Origin: a virus
Reading direction: 5' to 3' (one strand)
Virus record (IMG/VR): IMGVR_UViG_3300029319_000004
Location: 1 to 64,000 of that record
Length of the DNA stretch: 64,000 nt
The translations under genes were made by a program, and so were the position numbers. Position 1 is the first letter of the stretch; every line of letters starts with the position of its first letter. Under the pieces are notes generated by a model that was not told the origin of the DNA, made no database searches, and was given only the letters and a program-made list of their open reading frames with translations. Shown piece by piece: positions 1-8,024 of the stretch.

Positions 1-63
1 ACTGAAATCGCCAAGATCTTGTAATCATTAGGAAAACAAAAAACTTTCCCAAAACGCCAAAGT

Positions 64-79
64 TGGCACGCGACTTGCA
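64..79 (+). promoter_or_regulatory. sigma54 (-24/-12) promoter
   Basis: TGGCACG-CGAC-TTGCA matches the consensus TGGCACG-N4-TTGCW; GG(65-66) and GC(77-78) are exactly 10 nt apart; it lies ~40 nt upstream of the ATG at 121. Confidence 0.8.
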
Positions 80-120
80 ATATATATAGGGTGCAAGTCA
101 ACAACCCTGGAGAACCCAAC

Positions 121-972
121 ATGACGAACCTGCTTACCACCATCGCCGCCACCGCCATCATCCTCGACAAGTCCCAGCAGATGGAGCTAGTCGCCTTCGC
201 CACCTCGCCTCAGTGTAGCGACGACATCCGCGACGAGGCCCGCCGCCGCCTCGTCTCTTCCAACATTCGCTTGGCCCACAAGGTCGCCAAGAAGCATGTC
301 CGCACAGGCGTTGACTTCAACGACCTTCTCGCCTGCGCCACCGAGGGCATTCTCATCGCCATCGACAAGTTCGATGCCACCAAGCAGGCCAGCTTCACGA
401 CCTACGCTCGGATGTGGATGCGCGCCAAGTGTCAGGAGCATGTCCAGGCCAACGCCGGTACGCTCCACTGTGGCTCCCGCACTGCCAAGAAGCTGTGGTC
501 CTCTCTTCAGAAGGCCCGTAAGGTCATCGGCCAGGACGCCTCGCCAGAGGCCATCGCCGCTCACCTCGACCTCGACGTTGATGACGTCGCAGCCTGCCTG
601 CGTACCATGTCTTCTCGCGGTGTCAGCATCGACAAGCCTATCGGTGACGAGTCAGGAGCCACCATCGGTTCCATCATCCCTGATGGCGCTCTGCGCCAAG
701 ATGTCGCCATGGAGCGTACCCAGAACAGCGAGGCCATCCTTGAGGCCCTGACGGGCTTTGTGGACGGGCTCAAGCCCAACCACGCCGCCATCCTGCGCGG
801 CCGCATCATCAATGAGCTTCTCGGTGAGGAGCAGCAGTGCGCTAAGTCCTTTGGCGTGACCAAGCAGCGCGTTGGTCAGATTGAAAAGCAGCTTCGCACG
901 AAGTTGGCTGATCACTTCACCCGCTCCTTTGGTGCCGATGGTGTTAAGAGCATGATCCGCGCATCCTTCTAA
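121..972 (+). CDS. sigma70-family RNA polymerase sigma factor (RpoH/RpoD-like regions 2-4)
   Basis: Region 2 LVSSNIRLAHKVAK...EGILIAIDKFDATKQASFTTYARMW, region 3 SIDKPIGD, region 4 FGVTKQRVGQIEK; GGAG RBS at 109-112 favours ATG 121 over GTG 91. Confidence 0.9.
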   Translation: MTNLLTTIAATAIILDKSQQMELVAFATSPQCSDDIRDEARRRLVSSNIRLAHKVAKKHVRTGVDFNDLLACATEGILIAIDKFDATKQASFTTYARMWMRAKCQEHVQANAGTLHCGSRTAKKLWSSLQKARKVIGQDASPEAIAAHLDLDVDDVAACLRTMSSRGVSIDKPIGDESGATIGSIIPDGALRQDVAMERTQNSEAILEALTGFVDGLKPNHAAILRGRIINELLGEEQQCAKSFGVTKQRVGQIEKQLRTKLADHFTRSFGADGVKSMIRASF

Positions 973-973
973 G

Positions 974-1234
974 ATGGGCGAGGACACAAAGAAAATGCAT
1001 GTAGGAGACGTCCTGACCCTTACAGGCAAGACCAAGCATGGAAAGAACAGAGTGAGAGAACAGGGGGCTCTGTGGGTAGTCTCAGAGCTTCACGTGGCCC
1101 AACGTCACGGTGTCCATCCAGAGGGCACACCGCTTGCACTTCTCAGAGCGATTGACAACGACAAGCACTGGCGATGGATACGCCAGACAGACGACCTTAA
1201 CTTCATGGTCGAGGAGACAAAAAATAATGAGTAA
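974..1234 (+). CDS. hypothetical phage protein (small, beta-rich)
   Basis: Starts 1 nt after the sigma stop and shares its GC-rich codon usage. Confidence 0.65.
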   Translation: MGEDTKKMHVGDVLTLTGKTKHGKNRVREQGALWVVSELHVAQRHGVHPEGTPLALLRAIDNDKHWRWIRQTDDLNFMVEETKNNE

Positions 1235-1481
1235 AGATAGACTCAGCGCCATTGTGAGCGCCCTTCTAGGCCCTGCACCCCAAAAGGTAGAGGAAGTCGA
1301 GGCTACATGGTTTCTATGCGTTCCTGACGGCTCTGGAGGTGTTCAGCGTTATGACACCCCAAACCTTCAGCAGGTAGAGATCACCGCCCGACAATGGCTG
1401 GACACTGGCTGGCCTGTCTGGGTCGAGGATGACCAGGGCCGACACCTGCACCTAGCAGACAAGCCGAGGGAGCTTAACTAA
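1227..1481 (+). CDS. hypothetical protein
   Basis: ATG 1227 with GAGGAG RBS, overlapping the upstream stop; stop/start coupled to 1481. Confidence 0.65.
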   Translation: MSKDRLSAIVSALLGPAPQKVEEVEATWFLCVPDGSGGVQRYDTPNLQQVEITARQWLDTGWPVWVEDDQGRHLHLADKPRELN

Positions 1482-1681
1482 TGGACGTCAAAAAGGGATA
1501 CGGTCACAGCGACCCCTATGTGACCCTGTACCGCGTCCATTGGGTCGAGGCTAATGAAGAACAAAAATCTCATATCAAAGGCCCTAAAGCTGCCTTCAAG
1601 CATATGGAGAAGCTATTAGCCAGAGGTATTCCATCATGGATGACCCCTGTGCCATGGGAAGAAGATGACCTGCCCTTCTAG
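1481..1681 (+). CDS. hypothetical protein
   Basis: TAATG coupling with the previous gene. Confidence 0.65.
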   Translation: MDVKKGYGHSDPYVTLYRVHWVEANEEQKSHIKGPKAAFKHMEKLLARGIPSWMTPVPWEEDDLPF

Positions 1682-2010
1682 CCTGGGTGTATTTTGCTCA
1701 CCCAGTATTATGGTCCATTCAGGTCAGGGTTGGTACAAGGTATATTTATGCACCCTACCCCCTGCCATAAGGTGTGGTGGTAAACGTGTGCTAAAATACG
1801 TAACAAATATAGTACCCTAGCTACCCCTGCCCTAAAGTCTACCCTTTATTTTTATGCATTGGTGATTATGCATAGCCAAGACAAAGCACAGATTAGACAA
1901 AGTATAGACTTTATTTACTCAAATCCGTGCCTATAGTCACTTAAGAGCACATTCAAAACGCTAACGATTCCGCCTACTTAGTTTAGGTTTCGCTTAGGGG
2001 AGACAGAGAC

Positions 2011-2244
2011 ATGGCCGAGGATGAAGAAATAAACAATGTGATCGACTTCACAGAGCACAAGTTATTGCGCCTAGAAGGCGAAGCAGCCCACAGGGGAGAC
2101 TTTAACCTGGCTTTGGCTATAGGAGCGGCTCTAAGGCGCTATAAAGAGGGCAAGGTGATGATCATTTTTAAGGATGGCGCACCCTACATGATAGCCCCTG
2201 ATGAGAGTTACATCCCAGACGAAGAAGAAGTCGATTTTACTTGA
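2011..2244 (+). CDS. hypothetical acidic protein
   Basis: GGGGAG RBS; CTACTTA motif at 1974-1980. Confidence 0.6.
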   Translation: MAEDEEINNVIDFTEHKLLRLEGEAAHRGDFNLALAIGAALRRYKEGKVMIIFKDGAPYMIAPDESYIPDEEEVDFT

Positions 2245-2357
2245 CAGTTTAACGTAATATTATCGCCAACTTAGCGATATGCGCGAGACAACATAAATAT
2301 TAACCTAAAACCCTCCACAGACCTTGAGCAAAAAACTTTAGCAAATACGCCTACATA

Positions 2358-2408
2358 GGGGGGGAGGGGGGAGAGGCCCCGAGTGTAAGTCCCCCCTAGC
2401 TATAGGGG
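2358..2408. other. G7-A-G6 tract plus CCCCTA-GCTA-TAGGGG hairpin in intergenic DNA
   Basis: GGGGGGGAGGGGGG at 2358-2371; inverted repeat at 2393-2408. Confidence 0.6.
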
Positions 2409-2485
2409 TGTCCAAAGCGGGCCTTATACATTCACGATACGCAGACAATTTTGTGAGATTTGAGAAGCTAGGTAATACTTATAGT

Positions 2486-2665
2486 ATGGAAGAGCCAAGC
2501 CTAAGCGAAAGCGACAAGATCGAGCTAGTCAAAGTACTCAAAGAAGAGAATAAAAAGCTTAAAAGCGAGATAGCCAAGCTAAGGGAAAGAGAGCAACGCC
2601 TAGAGCAGCGCATTTCCGGGTTGGAAGTGGCAGCTGCTATTGGTAGGCGCGGCCCACCCTGGTAA
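2486..2665 (+). CDS. small coiled-coil protein
   Basis: Heptad pattern LKEENKKLKSEIAKLREREQRLEQRISGLE; ATG 2486 chosen. Confidence 0.55.
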   Translation: MEEPSLSESDKIELVKVLKEENKKLKSEIAKLREREQRLEQRISGLEVAAAIGRRGPPW

Positions 2666-2780
2666 GGCCTATTTTTTTCCATATGTGAATAAAACAGTAA
2701 GCCAAAAAATACGCAAAAAAAATTTTATAGATAAGGGGTCGTTCAGAAAACAAAGTTAGTTTCTTTTGTGTAATAGACAA

Positions 2781-2787
2781 CTAATTA
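2781..2787 (+). promoter_or_regulatory. putative phage late promoter motif CTANTTA (representative copy)
   Basis: The same motif lies 5-60 nt upstream of starts at 1974, 2781, 6111, 7967, 10388, 13322, 17849, 19855, 20089, 20608 and 58548. Confidence 0.55.
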
Positions 2788-2812
2788 ATATGACCTGAAA
2801 GGAGAAACAGCC

Positions 2813-3319
2813 ATGAGTAGGTGGGGCAAGCCAATCAAAAACAAGAAGCGAAAAGATCCTAGGTATTTCTTAAATGAAAGTATTGAGCTAGATGAGGCAG
2901 ATAATGGTTTTGAGTATCAAGGATACCGACAAGGAAACGTGCCGGCAGCAAAAACACCATATGAACGCTATGCACAGCAAGGCTATGGAGAATTCGAAGG
3001 CGAACCGCCCATGGGGCCATATACGGATAAAGCAGCAGAACAAGCTATCCGTGACAAAGAATTTGGGGATGTTGTCGAAACAGACAGAGCGCTTCGAGCA
3101 TATGCTGATCTCGCTTTAGATAAAAGCCGGCCCTACCGATCTCGCCGCATTGGTCTTACAAGACTTGAGATTGCTGCGGGAGGAAGCGGTCAAACAGCTG
3201 CCAATGCGCAAGCTTTACTAGATGCCGTAAGAAAAGAATTACACAAACAAAAAATGAAAAATCGCGGAGGGCTATCTCCCGCATCACCTGAAGAGTCGGA
3301 AATGGACGCGCTTCCTTAA
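2813..3319 (+). CDS. hypothetical virion-internal protein (N-terminus KRKDPRYFLNE)
   Basis: AAGGAG RBS; basic leader ending in FLNE. Confidence 0.55.
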   Translation: MSRWGKPIKNKKRKDPRYFLNESIELDEADNGFEYQGYRQGNVPAAKTPYERYAQQGYGEFEGEPPMGPYTDKAAEQAIRDKEFGDVVETDRALRAYADLALDKSRPYRSRRIGLTRLEIAAGGSGQTAANAQALLDAVRKELHKQKMKNRGGLSPASPEESEMDALP

Positions 3320-3329
3320 GGAAAAAGCA

Positions 3330-3752
3330 ATGAAACTAGATAACGAAAAGCTTAAGAATATGGTCATGGAAGTCATGATATCTATCCTAGAGGAAGACGA
3401 AGGCAAGATTATATGCCCTAATTGTGGCCATCATAATGATGCTGACGTTGATAAGTGTTCGAACTGCGGCCACTCTAGAAGCAAAGGCAACTGGAAAAAA
3501 GCAAAAAAAGAAGAAATGCAAGAAGCCTTACCAGCCGCTGCAGCTGCTTTAGGTACAGCCGCCAAAGGTTATGCGGCAGGTGAGGCAGCGGATAGTGTTG
3601 CTAGCAAAGGTATAAAAAAAGCAAAAGAAATGCTTCGTCTAAGCGATCCTAAATCAATGGATAAAGGATCCCGCATTGCTTTGCAAAAAATATCTAGACT
3701 AACCAAAAGAGTTGAAAGGATTGAAACCGCACTAAAGAGGATTTTACCATAA
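3330..3752 (+). CDS. leader-bearing protein with double zinc ribbon
   Basis: MKLDNEKLKNMVMEV leader; CPNCGHHNDADVDKCSNCGH. Confidence 0.6.
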   Translation: MKLDNEKLKNMVMEVMISILEEDEGKIICPNCGHHNDADVDKCSNCGHSRSKGNWKKAKKEEMQEALPAAAAALGTAAKGYAAGEAADSVASKGIKKAKEMLRLSDPKSMDKGSRIALQKISRLTKRVERIETALKRILP

Positions 3753-5365
3753 TGAAAACAAAAGTACTTTTTGAAAACTGGCGCCACCATTTAAAAGAAG
3801 CTAAATCTGATCGCGAGATTTTAGATGCCGCGGCCAAAGCTTTGGATGTGTCGACCAAAGAATTAATCAGCATGGGTCCGCTTGAGGCAGAATTTGTAGC
3901 TGATTTTCTAGAAAAAAAAGGGCTTGATGACGCGATAAAGATACTTCGACGTCGATCCGAGGTGTGGGCTAGCGTCGACGCAGCTGAAGACGAAGCTTCT
4001 CGCGAGCGTCTTGCTCTTCGACAAAGAAGAGCAGATGCGCAAAAAGCCGGCCGATCGGAACCCCAAGACGGTGTAAGAGATCCGCTTAACCCTCTTGGGA
4101 CAGCGCCCATGGGTAGCGGTGAAGATCAATCCTTAGCAGATTATAAGGCCGGCCGCGTACAAAGAGCTATAGATAAGAAGAAAGCTAAGGAGCTTGCTGC
4201 AAAAAAAAGAAAAGCATTTTTGAGAGGCGCTCGGTCTAAAGCCTTTTTAGACCTCAAAAAATCGAAAGGACCTGCAACCTCTGCCCAGCCGGCTTCGAGG
4301 CCGCGGGTGCGGCCGTTGGAGGAAGAATCTTATCGCATGGTAAAAGATCCGATTAGCGGCAAGCGCAGAATGATGCGAAGCGATGAGCTTGGCGATGCCA
4401 TGGCGCAGGTTGATGATGAGCTGCCTTTGACAGCTGCTTTCCCTTGGATGCAAAGCGTTATCGACGATCTTAAAGACGACGAGTTTCCTGATAAGGAAAA
4501 AGCTATACAAGCTTTAGCAAAACAATTAGGCATGTCTATCAAAACTATGCCTTCTGACATGGATGAGGAACCAACAATGAGCGAAGTAAAGACAATATCG
4601 AAAAAGAAATTCGAAACAACTCTAGAGAACCTTGTGTTTGAAGAACTAGCTAGAGTTTTTATGGAACAAGAAAATCAACCTTCGGAAAAAGAATTGAAAG
4701 AAATTGCTGCGCGAATAATGAATTCCGTTAATAAAATTTTAAAATCAAAGAAAATATACACTCGGACCGGGCCAAGTGTCGGCAATTTTGAATATGACTA
4801 TGCTTTGGGAATAATGGGGGTGAAGCTTGGTAAAACAGTTTTAGAATTATCAAAAGTAGCCGGCTACAAGCTTGCGAGCCTTGAAAGTTTTGTTGCAAAA
4901 ATGCTCGCGAATATTCCTTCGAACCAGCTTAAAAAGTCTTCGGCCGTTGGTGGTAGCACTCCTTTTATGTTTGTTCCTTACAACGTATGGAAGCAACAAC
5001 AAATAGCAGCGCATAAATCGCTTATGAATCAACTTTCGAAAAAAAGAGCTGAAAAGAAAAAGAAGAGCAAAGGTAAGGACTCTCAAGGGGTTACAAGGAA
5101 AGATGTACTTAATTACCTAGACAGCGTTTTTCCTAATTTATCCAAAGATCAAAAAAGTCGACTTCTAGCTTTTGATGGATCCATAAGAAGAGTTGATGGT
5201 AAGAGTATTTTTACCCCTTCGGATAAAATGAAAAAAATGTTTCCTAACGCTAAGCCAGTTCAAGTCTCTGGGCCACGGATAAACGACGCAGATACATTAG
5301 CTATTTTAAAAGCCGCAGGTAAGCCAACAATGCCCACAACGCGTCGGACCGCCGGAGCGGATTAA
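3752..5365 (+). CDS. leader-bearing putative internal head protein
   Basis: MKTKVLFENWRHHLKE leader; several internal L-x-E junctions. Confidence 0.55.
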   Translation: MKTKVLFENWRHHLKEAKSDREILDAAAKALDVSTKELISMGPLEAEFVADFLEKKGLDDAIKILRRRSEVWASVDAAEDEASRERLALRQRRADAQKAGRSEPQDGVRDPLNPLGTAPMGSGEDQSLADYKAGRVQRAIDKKKAKELAAKKRKAFLRGARSKAFLDLKKSKGPATSAQPASRPRVRPLEEESYRMVKDPISGKRRMMRSDELGDAMAQVDDELPLTAAFPWMQSVIDDLKDDEFPDKEKAIQALAKQLGMSIKTMPSDMDEEPTMSEVKTISKKKFETTLENLVFEELARVFMEQENQPSEKELKEIAARIMNSVNKILKSKKIYTRTGPSVGNFEYDYALGIMGVKLGKTVLELSKVAGYKLASLESFVAKMLANIPSNQLKKSSAVGGSTPFMFVPYNVWKQQQIAAHKSLMNQLSKKRAEKKKKSKGKDSQGVTRKDVLNYLDSVFPNLSKDQKSRLLAFDGSIRRVDGKSIFTPSDKMKKMFPNAKPVQVSGPRINDADTLAILKAAGKPTMPTTRRTAGAD

Positions 5366-5763
5366 TGAAAGTCAATAAAGCAAAGCTTAGAAAGCTGGTA
5401 GAGGAAAAAATTGGCGAAATCTTTTCCGAGGGAGATCTGTACGGTGGGGACTCGCCTTATGAAACAATGGGTGATCTTAAGTTTTCTGGCGCGCTCGATC
5501 AATCTGCCATGCCTGAGCAAGGACCTGCAGGTTTAATAAAGCAAGCAAAGGCAATTCTTGATAGTCTTCGACAAAATTCTTCTGCCGGCGTCTCTGGCGA
5601 GAAAGATGTTGCACTTAATCGTGTCTTAATTAGAAGAGACATAAGAGACCTAAGCGAGCTTTTAGATGAGCTTGAGGCTCACATGGGTGGTGGTCAATCC
5701 GAGCTTGAAGCTCGTGATCATGATGACTTCTCTTCTCAAAAAGAAAAATTTATGGCGCCATAG
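5365..5763 (+). CDS. leader-bearing hypothetical protein
   Basis: MKVNKAKLRKLVEEKI leader; TAATG coupling. Confidence 0.55.
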   Translation: MKVNKAKLRKLVEEKIGEIFSEGDLYGGDSPYETMGDLKFSGALDQSAMPEQGPAGLIKQAKAILDSLRQNSSAGVSGEKDVALNRVLIRRDIRDLSELLDELEAHMGGGQSELEARDHDDFSSQKEKFMAP

Positions 5764-5766
5764 TTT

Positions 5767-6099
5767 ATGGAAATAACCCTTGAACAGCTTCGACATATAA
5801 TTAAAATTGTCAAAGAAGGCCCTATCGAGGGTGGTATGGATGGCACAGGTGTTGGAGTACATCATGTGCAATCTGGTATAAGAATGCATCGCGGCCGAGG
5901 TCCTGAACGAGAGCGGCGCGTTGCCTCTGGTCAAGATACTCAAATCGACGAAGTCGATGCAGATGTGGGCGCAGACATGTACACCCTAACAACAACACTT
6001 GACGACGTGCCTGAACGTATCGCAAGAGGTCATGCAAAAACGCCTAGGACTGTCGACGACCCGGGTCACCCAATTTACATATACGAAGAAGATTTTTAG
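5767..6099 (+). CDS. leader-bearing hypothetical protein
   Basis: MEITLEQLRHIIK leader. Confidence 0.55.
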   Translation: MEITLEQLRHIIKIVKEGPIEGGMDGTGVGVHHVQSGIRMHRGRGPERERRVASGQDTQIDEVDADVGADMYTLTTTLDDVPERIARGHAKTPRTVDDPGHPIYIYEEDF

Positions 6100-6174
6100 G
6101 TTATAATAACCTACTTATAAAGAGAAAAAAATATTTTTTGGCTGCGCCTTTTTCATGGCACCAAGGAGAAACAA

Positions 6175-6366
6175 ATGAAAATCACACAAAAAGAATTAAA
6201 ACATATTGTACAAGAAGAACTTACATCGATTATTAATGAAGCTTTTCCTGATATTGGTCGCGACTATAAAAAAATACCTGTTAAGCCAACAATTGAGGAT
6301 ACACTTGAAGATATCTTAAGGCGCTTAAACACAATAGAAACTAAACTTAAAATAAAAAGAGGATAA
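6175..6366 (+). CDS. leader-bearing small protein
   Basis: MKITQKELKHIVQEEL...IINE; AAGGAG RBS. Confidence 0.6.
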   Translation: MKITQKELKHIVQEELTSIINEAFPDIGRDYKKIPVKPTIEDTLEDILRRLNTIETKLKIKRG

Positions 6367-6370
6367 ACAA

Positions 6371-6493
6371 ATGAAATCATTATTTAAAAAACTAGCGAGC
6401 TTGTTCAAGAAAACGTGCTGCTGCGTAGAAAATGCATGCAAAAGTTGTTGCGCCTGTTGTAGCTGCAGCTGTGCCTCTTGCCCAGGGTCCTAA
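6371..6493 (+). CDS. 40-aa Cys-rich metallothionein-like peptide (not in ORF track)
   Basis: MKSLFKKLASLFKKTCCCVENACKSCCACCSCSCASCPGS; fills the gap between the neighbouring genes (4 nt and 14 nt). Confidence 0.65.
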   Translation: MKSLFKKLASLFKKTCCCVENACKSCCACCSCSCASCPGS

Positions 6494-6507
6494 ACAAGAG
6501 CGCTCTA

Positions 6508-6795
6508 ATGAAAATTACAAAACAAGAATTACATCAAATAATATCTGAAGAGATCTCCGCTGCTGTGTTATCATTAGCAGAGTCAAAACTAGACAAGGTG
6601 AACTGGGATAGAATATCTTCAAGATATAAAGCTGTCTTGCTTCACAAAGGAGACGTCGACGCGAAAGATGTTGACAATATCGTACAACAAAAAATATCAG
6701 TTGCTAAAATGCAGCCAAATGGATTAGAAGATCTTAGAAAAGATGTGTTAAAAATATATAATTTTGACATAACAGACAACAAGGAGACAGCATGA
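6508..6795 (+). CDS. leader-bearing hypothetical protein
   Basis: MKITKQELHQIISEEI...SLAE; ATG 6508 chosen. Confidence 0.6.
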   Translation: MKITKQELHQIISEEISAAVLSLAESKLDKVNWDRISSRYKAVLLHKGDVDAKDVDNIVQQKISVAKMQPNGLEDLRKDVLKIYNFDITDNKETA

Positions 6796-7019
6796 ATATA
6801 TCAAAATCTAGATTGATACAAATTATTAAAGAAGAAATTGACATTTTTGAGGCCGAAAAAAAGGCTTTGCATGCAGGAGCTTCAAAATACGACAAAGACC
6901 ATCCAGGTAAAAGCTGTGATGAAGCTCATGGTGGCCTTACTCACGAAGAATACTCGGTCGACAGAAAACCAATGCTAACTCGTGAAGAGCAAAAAATGTT
7001 AAGCGAAATGGACTGGTAG
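6792..7019 (+). CDS. leader-bearing small His/Cys protein
   Basis: MNISKSRLIQIIKEEI; HPGKSCDEAHGGLTH. Confidence 0.6.
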   Translation: MNISKSRLIQIIKEEIDIFEAEKKALHAGASKYDKDHPGKSCDEAHGGLTHEEYSVDRKPMLTREEQKMLSEMDW

Positions 7020-7045
7020 CCTGTATATACCACAAGGAGAAAAAA

Positions 7046-7642
7046 ATGAAAATTAATAAAAAAATATTAGAAGCCTTAATCGAAGAAGAAATTCATACGC
7101 TTATTAAGGAAGGTTTTGCATCGTCTCTTGTGCGAGGGCTAACAAAAGGTGGAAAAAGAAGCAACTTTTTAACAGACTTTCTTTCCTCTACTTTAGTTCC
7201 TCAAGTGGCAAAAAATGCTCATACAGCTGCAAACGATTTAGTAAAAGCTCTAGAGGGAATGAAAAACAATCAACAGTTTTTAGCAATTGCTAGAGATAAA
7301 GATTCTGAGGGTCAACCTGCTTTACCAAATGTGCGAAGCGCGAGGGATGGAAAAAGAATATCTATTCATGGTATGCACAAAGCTGCTAAAGCGATGGTTA
7401 AAGATATAGAAATTATGGCCGCACAACTTGGAGCTGATGCTCCAAAGCTTTCTGGGGATGACGCGCCAGATGCTTCTGAACCTGAAGGCGCGCCTCAGGA
7501 TGCACCTCAGACGCCAGCAGAAGATGCACCAGCCGATGACCGCTTTGGCGGTATCGTTGAAGGGCAAACTATTGATGAATCCATTAACATGCTCAAAAAA
7601 AGAATTAAAGCAAAGTTTAAAAAACTAAAATCTATTTCTTAA
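7046..7642 (+). CDS. leader-bearing hypothetical protein
   Basis: MKINKKILEALIEEEI; AAGGAG RBS. Confidence 0.6.
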   Translation: MKINKKILEALIEEEIHTLIKEGFASSLVRGLTKGGKRSNFLTDFLSSTLVPQVAKNAHTAANDLVKALEGMKNNQQFLAIARDKDSEGQPALPNVRSARDGKRISIHGMHKAAKAMVKDIEIMAAQLGADAPKLSGDDAPDASEPEGAPQDAPQTPAEDAPADDRFGGIVEGQTIDESINMLKKRIKAKFKKLKSIS

Positions 7643-7925
7643 TTTTTAAGACAGTGTGAAAGGGTCTAAAAGACTTAGCATCAAAATATAGTGTTGCACC
7701 AACAGGATGCACATCAACAAATTTGATACCTGACCTGCATCTTTTAATTGCATTTGCTAAAACTGAATTACTAGCATAAATTGACGCTACTCCGTCTTCT
7801 TTAACTTCTAGTTTGTTCCAGTTAATGATTACTTCAGCATCCTCATCTCCCGAGGTGTTGAAGTATTTTTTTTGTAATTTGTCTAATGTTTGATTAAAAT
7901 TTTTATCGTCGCGACGAACAATCAT
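7632..7925 (-). CDS. hypothetical protein
   Basis: AAGGAG RBS on the minus strand; fills a gap in the + strand array. Confidence 0.6.
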   Translation of the reverse strand: MIVRRDDKNFNQTLDKLQKKYFNTSGDEDAEVIINWNKLEVKEDGVASIYASNSVLANAIKRCRSGIKFVDVHPVGATLYFDAKSFRPFHTVLKIKK

Positions 7926-8024
7926 GTGCGCTCCTTATGTCTTGTGTACATTATTAAAGATAAGAACTAGTTATTGATAAGACAATGAAAATATCATACA
8001 AAAATGAAATGTGAGGGCTCATGA

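Noticed and set aside
187-1035. Antisense and alternate-frame ORFs over the sigma gene (187-564, 296-751, 561-863, 652-1035)
   Set aside because: These are shadows of GC-rich codon usage over a clear sigma factor gene, with no motifs or RBS.
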